From: a cyanobacterium endosymbiont of Epithemia turgida isolate EtSB Lake Yunoko
GTDB lineage: Bacteria; Cyanobacteriota; Cyanobacteriia; Cyanobacteriales; Microcystaceae
Direction: 5' to 3'
NCBI RefSeq assembly: GCF_000829235.1
Contig: NZ_AP012549.1
Coordinates: forward strand, 2,130,001-2,162,000
DNA length: 32,000 nt
Part shown: in pieces, positions 27,950 through 32,000 of the stretch
How the letters are laid out: every line of letters starts with the position of its first letter
Numbering within the stretch: the stretch's first letter is position 1
Position numbers and translations under genes: made by a program
The notes under the pieces: generated by a model
What the model saw: only the letters and a program-made list of their open reading frames with translations
Database searches by the model: none
What the model was told of the DNA's origin: nothing

Positions 27950-27984
27950 AAAAAACTTAAAATAAGTTAAATTTTAAGTTTTTT
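27950..27984. repeat. perfect inverted repeat, 14-bp arms, 7-nt loop
   Basis: AAAAAACTTAAAAT-AAGTTAA-ATTTTAAGTTTTTT. Confidence 0.9.
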
Positions 27985-28789
27985 ATGATGAAGGTATAGC
28001 TCTTAACTTAAGTATGATTACTACTTCAGATCTTCTTGTTTATATAGTTACTACTATCCCTCTTCTTAAGGAATATTTAATATTTTTTTATATTATATAT
28101 TTCAGTATATTTAGTTTGACAACGATTAATGTTGAGATGGATATATTTTTGATTTAAGTAAATTTTTAAATAGTTAGTTTATTCTCTTTATATAAATTTA
28201 TAAATGTCTAAAACATAATCATGCAAGTTGTTTGTCAATCTATTTTTTATAAAACCAAAACTATTAATATACCATTTAAAATATAAAAACTAGTTATAAT
28301 TAATTATTCTAAATTAATAATTTCATTCATCATACTAATTTGAGTATTTAATACCTTAGATTAAGTATGAGTCAGGTAAAGATATTAAGTTTAGCATAAC
28401 TTAATTAAAAGATAAGGTCTGCCAGAGTACTATCTGTATAATAATTATGGCTTTTGATAAGCTTATTATCGATAATCAAACTTTGTCTTTATGCTTGCAA
28501 TCTGTACATGATAGGTTTAGTATAACCATACTTGTCAGCCCAAAAAACTTAAGCCGCTATGATAATATACTATGTAAAAGCATCATGGGCTAGTTTAAAA
28601 TAATCGCCATTACCATTATGATCAATCTATAAAAATAGATCAAAGCAAAATAGTTGACAATATGGCAGAAAGCAAATTGGTAATCAAGAATAACTTATTC
28701 CATATAAATTCTGTAGACACACTCCTCAAAATGTTTTTCCAAGTACGAGGAAATAAAATTTCATACAATAAATAAATTGCCAGATAATA

Positions 28790-29539
28790 ATGACTCTTAA
28801 ATTCATTGTCTCAAAGGATTTACCCATCGATCTTGATCAAGTTCGTCTTCCTAAACACGTAGCAATAATAATGGATGGTAATGGACGCTGGGCTAAGCGT
28901 CGTGGACTTCCTCGTATGATGGGACATCAACGAGGTGTTGATACCCTTAAAAATTTACTTCGTTGTTGTCGTGACTGGAAAATTCCGGCGTTGACCGCTT
29001 ATGCTTTTTCGACGGAAAATTGGGGAAGACCTCTTGACGAAGTAGAATTTTTGATGACTCTATTTGAACGAGTGTTACGTCGTGAACTACGAGAAATGAT
29101 GAAAGAAAATATTAGGATCTCTTTTGTGGGAAATTTAGAAGTTCTTCCTCCTTCTTTGCAATTAGAAATTACCCGTTCTATGAACGATACTCAAGACAAT
29201 ACAGGGATTCAATTTACAGTGGCTACTAATTATGGTGGTCGTCAAGAGATTATCCAGGCTTGTCAGGCAATTGCTATTAAAATCCAAAAAGGTCTTTTAG
29301 CACCAGAAGAAATTAATGAATCTCTATTTGAACGCTATTTATATACTTCGGGAATTACTCATCCCGATCTTTTAATTCGTACCAGTGGGGAAATGCGAAT
29401 TAGTAATTTTCTCCTTTGGCAATTAGCTTATGCTGAAATATATGTTACTCAAACCTTATGGCCAGATTTTAATCGAGAGGAGTTTTACAAAGCTTTATTA
29501 GCTTATCAAAAAAGAGAACGGCGATTTGGGAAAGTTTAG
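28790..29539 (+). CDS. uppS: isoprenyl transferase (undecaprenyl-diphosphate synthase)
   Basis: 249-aa ORF. Contains [37 protein letters not shown] and [16 protein letters not shown]. Confidence 0.95.
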   Translation: MTLKFIVSKDLPIDLDQVRLPKHVAIIMDGNGRWAKRRGLPRMMGHQRGVDTLKNLLRCCRDWKIPALTAYAFSTENWGRPLDEVEFLMTLFERVLRRELREMMKENIRISFVGNLEVLPPSLQLEITRSMNDTQDNTGIQFTVATNYGGRQEIIQACQAIAIKIQKGLLAPEEINESLFERYLYTSGITHPDLLIRTSGEMRISNFLLWQLAYAEIYVTQTLWPDFNREEFYKALLAYQKRERRFGKV

Positions 29540-29621
29540 TTCAAGTAAAAGAGTTTTATCTCTAGTGAAAATACTATATCTAGTTTATAGTAACTGCAGG
29601 GTGTTAGTTATTTAATTATCT

Positions 29622-29978
29622 ATGTTAACTTTTCGTCAGTATAAACAAAATCCTCTTAAAGTGATCAAACATCTTTCTAAACTCTCAGAATCTGAGCAAA
29701 TAGAAGCTGAACATAAAAAAAATATACTAATTTTAATAGAAAATTTAATAGAAAGAGAAGAGGCAACTTTTAAGATGATTATTGATTGTCTTTATGATAT
29801 TGGTTCAGTAAACTTAATCAATAAGAAGTTTTCTATTTGTCCCTTTAATCAAATAATGAAGCTAATCGCTAAGTTTTCTAGACCTGGATTTCGCTTTGTC
29901 GCCTTTTATTGGGTTCATAAAAATACCCCTCAATTAATTACTAATTGGCTGTTAAAAAAAGTGAAGAGATTAGGATAA
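29622..29978 (+). CDS. hypothetical protein (no family recognised)
   Basis: 118-aa ORF with ATG start, 82 bp downstream of uppS on the same strand. Composition is gene-like rather than spacer-like. I recognise no motif. Confidence 0.45.
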   Translation: MLTFRQYKQNPLKVIKHLSKLSESEQIEAEHKKNILILIENLIEREEATFKMIIDCLYDIGSVNLINKKFSICPFNQIMKLIAKFSRPGFRFVAFYWVHKNTPQLITNWLLKKVKRLG

Positions 29979-30006
29979 TCATTGTTGATTGTAAATTTCT
30001 TATTTT

Positions 30007-30540
30007 TTATTCAACTTGTTGTCGTCGTTCCGCAAACCATTTTTGCAACTGTTGACGACATTCATTTTCATAGATACCTGAAATAACGGCTAAACGATGG
30101 TTAGAACAGTAACTATCGGGCAAATTCAGTACTGTACGAATGGTTCCTGACTTAGGATCGTCACATCCATAAACGAGTAATCCTAAGCGAGATTGAATAA
30201 TTGCTCCTGTACACATAGGACAGGGTTCAAGAGTAACGTAGAGTGTGCAGTCCTTTAAGTTCCAAGTATGCAATGTTTTAGCCGCAATGCGGATAGCCAT
30301 AATTTCTGCATGAGCAGTAGGATCTTGATCTGTTTCTTTACGATTAGCTGTCTGGGCGATTAAATTTCCCTGACTATCAACAATAATAGCCCCTACGGGA
30401 ACTTCTCCCATTTCTCCCGCCTTTTGTCCAAGGGTGAGTGCCTTTGCTATCCAATAAAGATGAGTGTGATAAGAGGTTTGGATAATCAATTGAAGTAACG
30501 GAACGAGAACAACAAAAAACGGAGACAGACAAAGGTTCAA
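30007..30540 (-). CDS. tadA: tRNA adenosine(34) deaminase
   Basis: CDA motifs HAEIMAI and PCPMCTGAI are present. The track start at 30540 is TTG and adds a hydrophobic 20-aa extension. An in-frame TTG at 30489 (MIIQTSYHTHLYW...) is an alternative start. Confidence 0.9.
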   Translation of the reverse strand: MNLCLSPFFVVLVPLLQLIIQTSYHTHLYWIAKALTLGQKAGEMGEVPVGAIIVDSQGNLIAQTANRKETDQDPTAHAEIMAIRIAAKTLHTWNLKDCTLYVTLEPCPMCTGAIIQSRLGLLVYGCDDPKSGTIRTVLNLPDSYCSNHRLAVISGIYENECRQQLQKWFAERRQQVE

Positions 30541-30962
30541 GCTGTTTTAAGAAGTGTCTAAGCAGTTTAGCTAAACTTAAATGTTGACCAACTTAAATCT
30601 TAATAATTGAAGAGTAGTCCAACAGGATTTTTTGTTAGACATACTACTATAATAAAACCATCAGGCTAAGTTTCAACAGCGTGAGCTTCCCACTCTAAAT
30701 CTTTGTGATGAAATGTATATATCTTTTAAGATAAGATAGTACTGAATTTATAAGTTTAATGTCTGACCTTAATATTTTTATAGGGTTTTAACCTAAACAA
30801 ACTTATCCTGTATAAATTAGTCTATAGATTAATTTTAAGAAAGCAATATTTAAGTAAAAAATACTAGATTAATTTTAGTTCTATTTGGAGTTATATGTAA
30901 TAAGCTATAGGCTTTTCGTTGAGTTCAAAGTTATTTGAAAGAAAACAAGGAATAAATTATCT

Positions 30963-31973
30963 TTAATTCAAAATAACTGGCGGTAGTTTTAAAGACTTTG
31001 TTGCTGTGGTTAACGATACAGAATTACGTTTTAATTTAGGAGGCAAGCCTTGATTATATGAAGATAAAGGCTCAGTTAGTGTTTGAGTGTATTTAGCAGT
31101 GATTGGTAATTCAATAGCTGTAAATTCTTTCTTAGTCCTTTCTATGACTTTAAATTCAAACTGATGAGAAGATTTATGCTCAGTATTAAATAATTCAATA
31201 GTATAATTAACAGGGTAGTGTTCCCTACTATAAATTTTAAAAGGATAGTGAGTAATAATAACTTCTGTCATGGTCTGTAGTACAACTTTTCCTGATAAAT
31301 ACGGAAGACCTTCTAGCTTGTCAGGAATAACTAATGTTTGATTAAATGTATAGGGTAGAGTTTTATCGGAAAGACTACAGTCTATTTTCATGATCATCTC
31401 ATCAGTATAAGGATGTCTTAATTGATAGCAAAGTTGCGCTGTTAAAGCTAATTTTTCTCCATAACTTTGCGTATTAATTTTTCCTGCAATGGTAATATAT
31501 TCATCCGGATTTCCTTGAAATGTATCTTGCTCTAGGATAAGCTGGAGAGTTGTTGCTGTTATTTCGTCTGATGAAGATAACTCAAGAAAATTCTCTGAAC
31601 TATGTTGACAATCTGTCTCATAGTTGTCGGTCAATGGCTCTACTTTCTCCTTTACCAATTTTTCCAATTGATGGAGATAAAACTGGGCTATCTTATTAGA
31701 GGAGTTGTTAATGTAGGGAGTTCCGTAAATTTCTAATTTGTTGGAATGATTATACTGAGATAATTTTTTTTTTTCTTCTATAGAAATATCATTAATGGTA
31801 CCTCTAAAACAGTCGATTTGTGCGTCAAAAGAATTTCGGTTAGTCACAGTATCTAAAATCTGAAGTTTTAGAGTTTTCTGCCAAGTTTCACCAATCAATT
31901 CTGACATTATATCGTTGCGACAGCGTATTTCCCAAATTCCAGTAAATAATTCTTTAAATGCAAAAATCATCAC
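30963..31973 (-). CDS. hypothetical protein, orphan (no family recognised)
   Basis: 336-codon uninterrupted ORF in about 33% GC sequence, unlikely by chance. The track start is GTG at 31973; ATG follows immediately at 31970. No recognisable domain. Confidence 0.55.
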   Translation of the reverse strand: MMIFAFKELFTGIWEIRCRNDIMSELIGETWQKTLKLQILDTVTNRNSFDAQIDCFRGTINDISIEEKKKLSQYNHSNKLEIYGTPYINNSSNKIAQFYLHQLEKLVKEKVEPLTDNYETDCQHSSENFLELSSSDEITATTLQLILEQDTFQGNPDEYITIAGKINTQSYGEKLALTAQLCYQLRHPYTDEMIMKIDCSLSDKTLPYTFNQTLVIPDKLEGLPYLSGKVVLQTMTEVIITHYPFKIYSREHYPVNYTIELFNTEHKSSHQFEFKVIERTKKEFTAIELPITAKYTQTLTEPLSSYNQGLPPKLKRNSVSLTTATKSLKLPPVILN

Positions 31974-32000
31974 TAACCCCTGTAGATTGACGTGACGAGA

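Overview
Cyanobacterial chromosomal window. Hallmarks are a fused panC/cmk gene, a Ycf30/RbcR-type LysR regulator, the lysA-cdaA-uppS neighbourhood and one HIP1 octamer. I accept 15 protein genes, almost all housekeeping: a partial NnrU-family gene, rbcR, panC/cmk, rlpA, ileS, polA, a murT-like gene, an M48 peptidase, queD, lysA, cdaA, uppS, tadA and two orphan ORFs. I could not recognise any tRNA, rRNA, CRISPR array, transposase, phage gene or defence/toxin gene, so I see no novel protein-coding system. The unusual part is the noncoding architecture. Only about 55% of the window is coding. Six ORF-free spacers of 0.9-4.5 kb (13.2 kb in total) separate intact genes. Their GC content is extremely low: hand counts give 6-7 G+C per 60-nt line, against 20-21 in genes. 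This looks like eroded gene remnants in a genome under reductive, AT-biased evolution, as reported for diatom-associated cyanobacterial symbionts, or otherwise like a noncoding-rich lineage. I cannot identify the organism from sequence alone. Three kinds of signal in the spacers are not explained by simple decay. (1) There are far more long, perfect, unique-sequence inverted repeats than chance predicts, with arms of 14-29 bp; one engulfs the ileS stop codon. (2) A diverged dispersed repeat of about 100-115 bp sits in GC-richer islands in at least 3 copies, alongside several shorter shared G/C-containing words. (3) The motif AAAACCCCTA(T) recurs. The normally contiguous lysA-cdaA-uppS cluster is split by 2.5 kb of such DNA. 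The murT-like gene has a structured, terminator-containing leader and no adjacent gatD partner.
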